From assembly GCA_947503885.1 (NCBI GenBank), contig CANNFD010000011.1:9310-73309 (forward strand): a stretch of DNA of 64,000 nt. Direction: 5' to 3'. The position numbers were made by a program, and so were the translations under genes. The DNA is from an uncultured Olleya sp. Lineage in GTDB: Bacteria > Bacteroidota > Bacteroidia > Flavobacteriales > Flavobacteriaceae. Below are positions 19,180 through 28,928 of the stretch, piece after piece. Positions within the stretch are counted from its first letter, which is position 1, and each line of letters starts with the position of its first letter. The notes beneath the pieces were generated by a model. That model ran no database searches. It was not told the origin of the DNA and worked only from the letters and a program-made list of their open reading frames with translations.

Positions 19180-20625
19180 ATGAACAAATACATTGTTGTC
19201 AATCAACCAGAAAAATGGCGTTTTTCGATTGAGAATATTACAGTAATTTCTTCTCAGGATTATCTTACCAATCCTAAGTTTTCACTATTAAAAAAAGCTA
19301 GAATCTTTAACCTTTGTAAAGACTACAGCTACCAATCTAAAGGTTACTATGTGTCTCTTTTAGCAGAAGCTAGAGGTCATTTAGCTATTCCAACGGTTAG
19401 AAACATTGTAGACCTTAAAACATTAAAACTTGTTAAAATTGTATCGGACGAGTTTGATGATGTTATTCAACAAAGTTTAAAAAACATTAAATCTAGAGAG
19501 TTTACTTTAAGTATTTATTTTGGTCAAAATGTGGCTCAGAAATACAAAGAGTTAAGCAGCCTATTTTATAAACATTTTCAAGTTCCTTTTTTACGGGTTA
19601 AGTTTTATCATAACACAAAATGGAACATTCAAAGCATAAAAGCTATTTCTGAATCTGAAATCCCAATGGATCATTTAGAAAGTGTTTATGAATTTGCCAA
19701 TCAATATTTTGCAAAAAAACGTTATGACACCCCTAAATTAACAACCTCCGATTTTGATTTAGCCATTTTAGTCAACCCAAATGATCCTGCACCACCTAGC
19801 AACCCTAAAGCTTTAAAAAAGTTTATTGAAATTGCTGAAAAAATGAATATTTATGCTGAAATCATTGACCCTAAAGACTTAAGTCGTCTGTCGTCCTTTG
19901 ATGCCTTATTTATTAGACAAAGTACAGAAGTTAACAACGAAGCGTATGCATTTGCGCGCAAAGCACAACAGGAAGGCATTGCAATTATAGATTACCCAGA
20001 AGCTATTTTAAAGTGCTGTAACAAAGTTTACATGGCAGAAGCATTAAACAATGCTAATATCGCAACGCCTAAAACAGTTATTGTACATAAAGAAAATAGA
20101 GCTTCGGTTTTAGATCAAGTTGGCTTACCATGCGTTTTAAAAGCACCTGACAGCACATTCTCATTTGGTGTAAAAAAAGCAAAAACAAAAGCAGAATACG
20201 ACAGTTTAGTTTTAGAAATGCTAAAAGAATCTGATTTAATTATTGCCCAAGAGTTTTGCCCATCTGATTATGATTGGCGCATTGGAATTATTGACGACAT
20301 TCCATTTTACGCTTGCAAATATTATATGGCAAAAGGACATTGGCAAATATATAACTGGGAGGCTAGCAAAAAAAACGAGCAAGATGGAGATGCAGATTGT
20401 TTACCTATTGAGGCTGTACCTAAAAAAGTGCTAGATATGGCAGTAAAATCTGCAAGGCTTATGGGTAAAGGTCTGTATGGCATTGATATTAAAGTGGTAG
20501 ATAACAAACCAATGGTTATAGAGATTAATGACAATCCTAATATAGATTTTGGAGTAGAGGATTTACATTATGGTGACTTAGTTTATATTAAAATACTTAA
20601 TGCTTTAAAAACAAGATTAGAATAA
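19180..20625 (+). CDS. RimK-like ATP-grasp ligase with N-terminal RLAN domain
   Basis: CKDYSYQSKGYYVSLLAEARGH (RLAN); LKAPDSTFSFGV, QEF...DWRIG, YGIDIK, IEINDNPNID. Confidence 0.88.
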   Translation: MNKYIVVNQPEKWRFSIENITVISSQDYLTNPKFSLLKKARIFNLCKDYSYQSKGYYVSLLAEARGHLAIPTVRNIVDLKTLKLVKIVSDEFDDVIQQSLKNIKSREFTLSIYFGQNVAQKYKELSSLFYKHFQVPFLRVKFYHNTKWNIQSIKAISESEIPMDHLESVYEFANQYFAKKRYDTPKLTTSDFDLAILVNPNDPAPPSNPKALKKFIEIAEKMNIYAEIIDPKDLSRLSSFDALFIRQSTEVNNEAYAFARKAQQEGIAIIDYPEAILKCCNKVYMAEALNNANIATPKTVIVHKENRASVLDQVGLPCVLKAPDSTFSFGVKKAKTKAEYDSLVLEMLKESDLIIAQEFCPSDYDWRIGIIDDIPFYACKYYMAKGHWQIYNWEASKKNEQDGDADCLPIEAVPKKVLDMAVKSARLMGKGLYGIDIKVVDNKPMVIEINDNPNIDFGVEDLHYGDLVYIKILNALKTRLE

Positions 20626-20627
20626 TT

Positions 20628-21860
20628 ATGGGTAAAAAATATCACTTATTTGAGGTCTATGGGATAGAGCTTGAATATATGTTGATTAACTCTAAAAACT
20701 TTAAAGTAGCACCAATTGTTGATGTTTTACTTACAAAAAAAAATGGCGAATTAACGTCAGACGTTGATAATGGAAACATAGCTTGGAGCAATGAGTTGGT
20801 AGCACATGTGATCGAGCTAAAAACTAATGGCCCTACTAATGACCTAGATAACCTTTCAGTTGATTTTCATAAAAACATAATAGAAATTAATAGATTATTA
20901 AAACCATTAAACACTAAACTACTCCCAACAGCTTGCCACCCAACAATGAATCCCTTAAAGGATACTCAGCTCTGGAAACATAGTTATAGCGAAGTCTACG
21001 AACTATATAATCGGATTTTTGATTGTAAAGGTCACGGTTGGAGTAATGTACAAAGTACACATATAAACTTGCCTTTTTACAATGACAATGAGTTTAAAAA
21101 GCTACATGCTGCAGTACGAGTAATTTTACCTTTACTACCTGGCTTATGTGCCAGCTCACCTATTTTAGATGGAAAAATCACTGGTTTTAAAGATACTAGA
21201 TTAGAGTATTATAAAACTAATCAAAAAGAAATCCCAGAAATGACTGGTCTAGTAATTCCGGAGCGTGTCTTCACAAAAACGGACTACTACTCTACTATTT
21301 TTGAACCAATCAAAAACGCTATTAAAAAATACGACACTAATAACATTTTAGATCATCATTTTTTAAACAGTCGAGGTGCAATTGCAAGGTTTGACAGAAG
21401 TGCTATCGAAATAAGATTAGTAGATATTCAAGAATGTCCAAAAGCAGACGTTGCTATTTGCGTATTAATTATTGAAGTTTTAAAACTTTTAGTTGAAGGA
21501 AAAACGGTTAACCTTAAAAAACAAGAAAAATGGTTAAAACAGGATTTATTTGCCATTTTAAATGCGATAATTAAAGATGGAGAACTTTACAACATCTCTA
21601 ATTTAGAATATTTGGAAGTATTTGATTTAAATACAACCACATCCGTAAAAAATGTGTGGAAACATTTATATGGTCTAGTAAAAGAAAACATCACAACGGA
21701 CTATCAAAACGCTTTAGAAATCATATTTACCCATGGTACACTTTCAACAAGAATAATTACTGCTTTGGGTAAAGATGTTACGGTAAAAAACATTGAAACC
21801 GTATATAATCAATTAGCAATGTGCTTGGAGGAAAACAAATTGTTTATTCCTAATAATTAA
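20628..21860 (+). CDS. glutamate-cysteine ligase family 2 (GCS2) carboxylate-amine ligase
   Basis: YGIELEYML, SNELVAHVIELKT, STHINLP, RGAIARFDRSAIEIR. Confidence 0.85.
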   Translation: MGKKYHLFEVYGIELEYMLINSKNFKVAPIVDVLLTKKNGELTSDVDNGNIAWSNELVAHVIELKTNGPTNDLDNLSVDFHKNIIEINRLLKPLNTKLLPTACHPTMNPLKDTQLWKHSYSEVYELYNRIFDCKGHGWSNVQSTHINLPFYNDNEFKKLHAAVRVILPLLPGLCASSPILDGKITGFKDTRLEYYKTNQKEIPEMTGLVIPERVFTKTDYYSTIFEPIKNAIKKYDTNNILDHHFLNSRGAIARFDRSAIEIRLVDIQECPKADVAICVLIIEVLKLLVEGKTVNLKKQEKWLKQDLFAILNAIIKDGELYNISNLEYLEVFDLNTTTSVKNVWKHLYGLVKENITTDYQNALEIIFTHGTLSTRIITALGKDVTVKNIETVYNQLAMCLEENKLFIPNN

Positions 21861-21861
21861 G

Positions 21862-22542
21862 ATGAAACTAGTTATAACTTGTGAGCATGGCGGAAACACT
21901 GTTCCTGTAGAGTTTAAACACCTTTTTAAAGACACTACTATTTTAGATACACATAGAGGGTATGATTTGGGCGCTTTAGATGTTTTTAATTATTTAAAAC
22001 CATTAGCCGATTATTCAAATTACTGCACAACAAGTAGGCTATTAATAGAACTGAACAGATCTTTAAATCATAAAAATTTATTTTCAGAATTTACTAAACC
22101 CCTTTCAACAAATAAAAAAAACATAATAATACAAGAGCATTATAAAGGATATAGGGAAGCAGTAACACAATATATTTTTAACACTATTAATAAAAACGAA
22201 CCCGTTTTACATCTATCAATCCACACGTTTACACCTACTTTAAATTTAGTTAAAAGACATTGTGACATTGGACTATTGTACGACTCTAGAATAAAAAAAG
22301 AAAAACAATTTGCAGTAGATTTTAAAAAGCAGTTATCATCTATAAACCCAAACTATTTAGTAAGATTTAATTATCCTTACCTAGGAAAATCTGATGGTTT
22401 TACAACAGCATTAAGGCAGCGTTTTACAAAAAACTACATTGGTATTGAGATAGAAATCAATCAAGCTTATTCCAAAAACAACAAAATGCCTGAAGCCATT
22501 AAAATACTATTAAAAAAAAGCATATTAAAACTTAAAGCATAA
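21862..22542 (+). CDS. N-formylglutamate amidohydrolase family protein
   Basis: ITCEHGGN, THRGYDLGA, SRLLIELNRS, LSIHTFTP, GIEIEINQ. Confidence 0.88.
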   Translation: MKLVITCEHGGNTVPVEFKHLFKDTTILDTHRGYDLGALDVFNYLKPLADYSNYCTTSRLLIELNRSLNHKNLFSEFTKPLSTNKKNIIIQEHYKGYREAVTQYIFNTINKNEPVLHLSIHTFTPTLNLVKRHCDIGLLYDSRIKKEKQFAVDFKKQLSSINPNYLVRFNYPYLGKSDGFTTALRQRFTKNYIGIEIEINQAYSKNNKMPEAIKILLKKSILKLKA

Positions 22543-22572
22543 AAAAACCGTTACAAATTGTAACGGTTTTTT
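22541..22572. terminator. bidirectional intrinsic terminator
   Basis: AAAAAAACCGTTACAA-ATTGTAACGGTTTTTT between convergent genes. Confidence 0.8.
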
Positions 22573-22591
22573 ATTGTTATAAATTAAAGGC

Positions 22592-25500
22592 TTACTTTTT
22601 TACTACAATCTTTTTAGTAAAGCTTCTGCCTTCAGAATTTAGTTTTAATATATAAAGCCCAGCTGCTAAATCTTTTGTCTGAATAACATTTGTATTGCTA
22701 TTTAAACTTCCAGAAAGCACTTGCTTACCATTTAAATCTATCATCATATAATTTAATATTTCACCTTCAAATAAAGTGATATCAACATTTAAACTATTGA
22801 CTACAGGATTAGGATATAATTTAATATCATCAATTAGATTTACCTCATCTATTCTGTTGTCAGTTTCGACTACTTCTTCAGCTTGATCTGCTTGTTCAGC
22901 GTTAACCGTTTCATCTTTAGTTTCATTAATAATTACCTTATCTGTAGACCCAGTAATAATAACCATAATAGAAACTCCAGCAGTATCTATATCTGCACAA
23001 ATCTCATTATTAGTAATCATTATAGCTAAGTCATTAATAGTAGTAACTCCTAAATTAATATCAGTTAGATCTAGTGTACTTGGATCATAAGCTATTGTAT
23101 GTATATTGTAATAACCTCCTAATTCTGGTAAACTGATTGTAGTCAAATCACTAATTGTTGTAATTACTGAATTTGAAGCATTTGATAATAAAGTACCTGT
23201 AACATATCCACTTGGTACAATTGCGTCACCTGTAGGTAAAATAGTTGCAAACGTCTGAACACCTTCTGTAATAATTATAACACTAGACACTATCGAAGCT
23301 GTACCTGCGTAAACAGATTCACACTCTAAAGCATCTACAAGCGTAAAGTTTATGGTTTGTGTATCACATAATGTTGCGCTACAATAATTACCAGAAAACA
23401 CTTCTGCTTGCACTTCAAAATTACCTAAACCTAAACTCCAAGCAGCTCCTCCTGCTGGATATGTATAAGGAATCACATTTTCTGTAATTACAGTTGATGC
23501 ATTTGTATCTAAATTAGTTACAGTTAATCTTACGCTTTCAGACTCTCCTGCTACAATTGCATCTACATAAAAATCTGCTGGTAAATCTGAAATATTATAA
23601 GATTCTCCATCGACAATGGTTGTGTTTACTGTTCCATCAGAAAAAGCAAATTGATCAATAACACCACAATCATCAACATCACAATTAGTTATAGTAAATG
23701 TTACACAAGCGCTATCGCACTCTGCTCCATTAGCACCGTCCAGCTTATAAACACTAGAACAGAAGTTAAATGTACCACATCCAAGTGTCCATACTTGATA
23801 GGTTGCTCCAGGGAATGTATATGGCAATACGTTTTCAAGTTTAGTATACACTTCACCCGTATCTACATTTGTTAGTGTATTAAAAGCACTTTCAATATTA
23901 CCAGACGTTAATACGTTAATATTAAAATTAGCTGGTATATTATTAAAATCATAACTACCTCCATCTACAATCGCAACTGTAGGGTCTGAAGTAAAGTTTG
24001 AAAATTCAAAACCTGTGATAGTACCACAATCTGAGATTAGACCACAACCATCATTAATACTTGCAGTATTACCGCTAGTATCAACATAACCAATAACCTG
24101 AACTAGTCCACCAAAAGTAATTCCTAATAAATCTTGAGAACATGAAGTATGTATTTGTGCAGTTGCACCATTGATGTAAACCTCAAAATCTTTAACTAAT
24201 TTATCACCAGTTGCAATAGCAGTGTATGTTCCATCACCATTATTAACTACAGTTCCTGAGTTAGTTGTAACAGTCCCAGAACCAGAATAATTAAAAGTTA
24301 ATTCTACTAATCCTCCTTGACAAGGACAATCAGGTATAGACCCATCAAATAAGGTGAATTTAAGGTAATCATAATCACACTTATCCCCCATTGCATTATC
24401 TAATTTGAAGATTTCTGCTTTTACTTTAAATTCCGAAATCCCTAAACTCCAAGATGTACCATCGTTAGGGTATGTAAAAGCTTGGTCATTATCAATCGAA
24501 ATAAACTCGTTACCAGTATCTTCATTTTTAACACTAAATCTTACACTCTCTGGAAATCCAGATAATACTACTTCTACATAAAAATTAGCTGGTAAGGTAT
24601 TAATATCATAACTATCACCATCAACAATTGGGATGCTTGTAACACCATCTGTAAACACAAAACCTGTAACAGTCCCACAATCTGGTGCTGCAATACAACC
24701 ATCTGTTAAACTTGCACTATTACCATCAGTATCTACATATCCAATAACTTGTACTCCACCTGTAAAAGTAACACCTAAAACATCTTGAGAACAAGAAGTA
24801 TGTATTTGTGCAGTATTACATCCGTTAGTAACAATTTCTAAGTTTTTATCTAATTTTAAACCGTTATCAGAAACCGTATAAGTGCCATCTCCGTTATTAG
24901 TTATACTTCCAGTATTAGTTGTTATAGAACCTCCTCCAGAATACGTAAAAGTCACCTCTGTCATTCCTCCTTCACAAGCACAATCGGGCGCTAAAACATC
25001 TGTAATAGTAAACTTAATAGTTTCTTTATCACAGTAACTTCCTTGACAGTAATTATACTTAAAAATTTTAGCTTCTATTTCAAATTCTCCTGTACCATAA
25101 CTCCATGCTGCATTTCCGCCAGGTGCTGTATATGGTAAGTGGTTTTCTCCGATAGTATATTCTGCGCCTGTATCTTTATTTTTTAATTTAAAGCTAGCAC
25201 TTTCAGAATACCCATCAACTAATAAGTCAACATAAAAGTTTGCAGGTAATTGGTCTAAACTATATTCGCCATCATTAACGATAGCAACAGAGTTAGTTCC
25301 ATTTGAAAATTGAAACCCATCAATATCTCCACAATTAGGAGTTGATAAAATTTCAAATTTTATAGTTTCGCTATCACAATAAGAGCCATAACAACTATTA
25401 TACTTATATAATTTAGCTTTAACTTCAAACTCTCCATAGCCAAAATTCCACGCTCCGTTTCCACCTGGAAAAGTATATGGCAAATGGTTTTCTGTTATGC

Positions 25501-25781
25501 TATAGTTTTGACCTGTGCTTAAATTTTTGACATAAAATTTAGCACTTTGTGAATAGCCATTAACAATTAAGTCAACATAAAAATTGTTTGGTAAATCGCC
25601 TATATAATAGGATTGGTCATTACTGATTGTAACACTTGAGCTTCCGTTTGAGAATTCGAAACCTGCAATATTACCGCAGTAAGTTTCATCAAAAGCAACA
25701 GCTTGAAATGAATACATTAAAGCTACAATACTAAATATGGCCTTAAAATTTAGGGTGGGTTTAGGTATTTTTTTTTAACAT
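22592..25781 (-). CDS. T9SS type A sorting-domain repeat protein; N-terminal signal peptide is out of frame at an A9 run (25768-25776)
   Basis: C-terminal IKLYPNPV...LAAGLYILKL...TKKIVVKK CTD; five A and two B Cys-containing repeats; track ORF 22592-25717; upstream ATG 25781 is one base out of frame. Confidence 0.8.
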
Positions 25782-25928
25782 ACTAGAGGATTTTTGATTA
25801 ATTATATTTACATATGCAAATCTAAATAACAAAATTTTCCTACAAAAAAATAATAGCTAAAGCGCAATTAAAAACTTTAAAGAGACATATCCCTCTGATA
25901 TTCTGAAACGTATATTATTACAAAACAA

Positions 25929-26510
25929 CTAAAATAATAATTTGATGTTTGCGTAAGAATTTGATAAAGCAGCGTCTACATCTTTTTGATCAACCCATTT
26001 CACTTCTGTAATACCCTCGTTTAATTGTGGATACAATTCTCCTTTAAATGAAGAATGCATTTCATACCAATAAGTAATTTTAAGTTTTGCTTTACCGTTT
26101 CTTTTAAATATATGGTAAGTAATTGGAAGTGGTTTAACTATTTTTAATTTAGTAACACCGGTTTCTTCAGCAACCTCTCTAACTGCTGTTTCTTCAATAG
26201 TTTCCTTTTTCTCTGTTTTACCTTTTGGCAAATCCCATTTATCATTTCGATAGATAAATAATATTTGACCTTTATCATTGTAAACCTTACCACCTCCAGC
26301 AACAACATTAGGCAATTTTTTTTTGAAGGATTTTAAAAGTTTATCTTCACTGTGACCGATTAGTCTAACAGATTTAATTGATTTTTTTGAAAGTGTTTGG
26401 AGTACTATTTCTATATCAACACCTTTCAGCAAAAAATTTTTGAAATCTGTTTCTTTTTCAACCTTTGTAGTCAAAAATATAGGTTTATCGTTTACAAAAA
26501 TGCATTGCAT
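25929..26510 (-). CDS. NUDIX hydrolase
   Basis: WDLPKGK...ETAVREVAEETG Nudix box. Confidence 0.92.
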   Translation of the reverse strand: MQCIFVNDKPIFLTTKVEKETDFKNFLLKGVDIEIVLQTLSKKSIKSVRLIGHSEDKLLKSFKKKLPNVVAGGGKVYNDKGQILFIYRNDKWDLPKGKTEKKETIEETAVREVAEETGVTKLKIVKPLPITYHIFKRNGKAKLKITYWYEMHSSFKGELYPQLNEGITEVKWVDQKDVDAALSNSYANIKLLF

Positions 26511-26618
26511 AAAATAGGGCTACTAATTTAATTTAGGTAAAAATATTAAAATTAATGACATTGACACTTTCTCAAAATTTATTTTAAAATAAATTTTAAG
26601 TAAAATTAAATAAAGCTG

Positions 26619-26626
26619 TATTTTTG
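26619..26626 (+). promoter_or_regulatory. -7 element (TATTTTTG) 4 nt before the pyrE ATG; probable leaderless mRNA
   Basis: TATTTTTG-CAAC-ATG. Confidence 0.55.
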
Positions 26627-26630
26627 CAAC

Positions 26631-27275
26631 ATGATTAGTAACAAACAAACTGCCAGACAAACCGCTAAAGTTTTATTACAGATAAATGCAATTAAACTTC
26701 AACCTAAAGACCCTTTTACATGGGCTTCTGGTTGGAAATCTCCAATATACTGTGATAATCGCGTAATACTATCTTATCCTACTATAAGAAATTACATTAG
26801 GGAAGAGATTAGTAAATTTATAGAAGAAGAATATGGTAAACCTGATGTAATCGCTGGGGTTGCAACAGGAGCTATCGGCATTGGTATGTTGGTTGCAGAG
26901 TATTTAGGGTTACCCTTTATATATGTTAGACCGGAAGCTAAAGGACATGGTCGAAAAAACCAAATTGAAGGTCATATAGAAAGTGGTCAAAATGTTGTAG
27001 TTGTTGAAGACCTAATAAGCACCGGAAAAAGCAGCCTTAATGCAGTAAAAGCTTTAAAAGAAGCTAATGTAAATGTAAAAGGTATGGTTGCCATTTTCTC
27101 TTACGGGTTTGATGTTGCTAAAGACAACTTTAAAAATGAAGAGATTACATTACATACCTTAAGTAACTACGAAAACTTATTATTAGAAGCAGCTTCAAGT
27201 AATTATATATCAGAAAAAGAAATAGAAACCTTAAGTCAGTGGAATGCCAACCCTAGTGTTTGGAACGCTAATTGA
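26631..27275 (+). CDS. pyrE: orotate phosphoribosyltransferase
   Basis: FTWASGWKSPIYCDNR, VVVVEDLISTGKS PRPP loop. Confidence 0.97.
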   Translation: MISNKQTARQTAKVLLQINAIKLQPKDPFTWASGWKSPIYCDNRVILSYPTIRNYIREEISKFIEEEYGKPDVIAGVATGAIGIGMLVAEYLGLPFIYVRPEAKGHGRKNQIEGHIESGQNVVVVEDLISTGKSSLNAVKALKEANVNVKGMVAIFSYGFDVAKDNFKNEEITLHTLSNYENLLLEAASSNYISEKEIETLSQWNANPSVWNAN

Positions 27276-27335
27276 TAATTAAATTAATAGTTATAACTAG
27301 ATAATAACATTAATTTTAAATAATAAAACAAATAT

Positions 27336-27743
27336 ATGAAACTAGAAAGCCCAAAAGTAATACTAGAAAAATCTACTGAAGACACTTTTAATTTTTTAAG
27401 TGATGTAAAAAATTTTAAAAATTTAATGCCTGAAAACATTAGTAAATTTGAAGTGCTTAGTGAAGATAAATTTTTATTTGCGCTTAAAGGAATGCCAGAA
27501 ATAGTACTGAAGAAAAAAGAAATGACACCAAATAGCAAAATCGTATTAGGTGCTGCTGGCGGTAAGTTAGATTTTTCTTTAATTGGTGACATAACAGAAA
27601 TTGACGCTAATAAAAGTGAAGTACAATTAACTTTTGAAGGCGAATTTAATGCTATGATGGCAATGATGATAAAAAAACCTATCAGTAAATTTATTGAAAC
27701 ATTAGCTGTTAATATGCCAACTGCAATTAATACAGTAGCTTAA
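27336..27743 (+). CDS. SRPBCC (START-like) family protein
   Basis: 135 aa, F.FL.D..NF..LMPE pattern, commonly downstream of pyrE in Flavobacteriaceae. Confidence 0.7.
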   Translation: MKLESPKVILEKSTEDTFNFLSDVKNFKNLMPENISKFEVLSEDKFLFALKGMPEIVLKKKEMTPNSKIVLGAAGGKLDFSLIGDITEIDANKSEVQLTFEGEFNAMMAMMIKKPISKFIETLAVNMPTAINTVA

Positions 27744-28452
27744 TAGTTTTTAAATCATAGGTTTTTAAAACTTGATCTTCAATCAAGACCTCTAACAAGC
27801 CTTGATTAGAAACCCCTTTAATAATACCAGAAAACAAACCTTCAGCAGTTTCAAACGTTGAAGGTTTTTCTTTTCTAAATAAATAAGCTTCGTAAGACTG
27901 TTTTAGTGTTTTAGTGTTTTCTGTTAAAAGCTCCAGTTGGACTTTAAGCGCTTTTAACATTAGATGCAAAATTTCATCTAAATTATAATTAACTCCTGTT
28001 ATAGCGCTTAAAGAACTAGCATTAGGCAAACCGTTAAAGTTAATTTGATTTACATTCAACCCAACCCCTATTATAGAAGATTCAATTACATTTTGCTTTA
28101 TGACATTTTCAATCAAAACACCACAAATTTTTTGATTTGCTGACAAAATGTCGTTTGGCCATTTCACACTTAATTTAGGTATATTTAATTGCTCTAACAC
28201 CTTAATTATAGCTAAGGATACTGCCATACTAATATTAAACTGCTCGTCAAAAGGTAATAAACCCATTTTTTTATAAACACTAAAAGTTAGATTTTTAGAG
28301 GGTTGAGATTGCCAAGAAGTACCCATTTGACCACGACCTTCTGTTTGGTGACTAGTGACTACTGTTGTAAAATCTTTAACTGGACTATCCAAACATAGAT
28401 TACGAAGAAATCGATTTGTAGAATCGGTGGCATTAAGTTTGATTATACGCAT
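27727..28452 (-). CDS. birA: biotin--[acetyl-CoA carboxylase] ligase (no N-terminal HTH)
   Basis: DSTN, QTEGRGQMG, KWPNDI, KICGVLIEN, GVGLNVNQ. Confidence 0.95.
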   Translation of the reverse strand: MRIIKLNATDSTNRFLRNLCLDSPVKDFTTVVTSHQTEGRGQMGTSWQSQPSKNLTFSVYKKMGLLPFDEQFNISMAVSLAIIKVLEQLNIPKLSVKWPNDILSANQKICGVLIENVIKQNVIESSIIGVGLNVNQINFNGLPNASSLSAITGVNYNLDEILHLMLKALKVQLELLTENTKTLKQSYEAYLFRKEKPSTFETAEGLFSGIIKGVSNQGLLEVLIEDQVLKTYDLKTIKLLY

Positions 28453-28547
28453 ATTAAATAATTATCTTCGTATTATAAAATCTTATGATTTTTTTAGAGT
28501 ATAAAGAACTTAAAAATAATAACTTTGCACAAATTTAAATATAATTA

Positions 28548-28919
28548 ATGTCAAAAGAACAACCAAACATAGACGCCCTTATAGCAACAATAATAGAAGG
28601 CGTTGAAGATGTAAAAGGAAAAGAAATAAATATTCTTGATTTAAGAGAGATTGAAAACACTGTTTGTGACTACTTTGTAATTTGCGAAGGTACTTCTAAC
28701 ACACAAGTTAACGCAATTGTTAATTCTATTCAGAAAAAAGTTAGCAAAACACTTAAAGACAAACCTTGGCATATAGAAGGTGAAGATAATGCTGAGTGGA
28801 TACTTATGGATTATGTTAACGTTGTTGTCCATGTTTTCCAAAAACATATTAGAGAATACTACGATATAGAAAGCCTTTGGGGTGATGCTAAAGTGACCGT
28901 TATCGAAACAAATTATTAA
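28548..28919 (+). CDS. rsfS: ribosome silencing factor
   Basis: DYFVICEGTS..QV.AI, WILMDY..VVVHVF, REYYDIESLWGD; TAACTTTG promoter at 28520-28527. Confidence 0.95.
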   Translation: MSKEQPNIDALIATIIEGVEDVKGKEINILDLREIENTVCDYFVICEGTSNTQVNAIVNSIQKKVSKTLKDKPWHIEGEDNAEWILMDYVNVVVHVFQKHIREYYDIESLWGDAKVTVIETNY

Positions 28920-28928
28920 ACTCATTTC

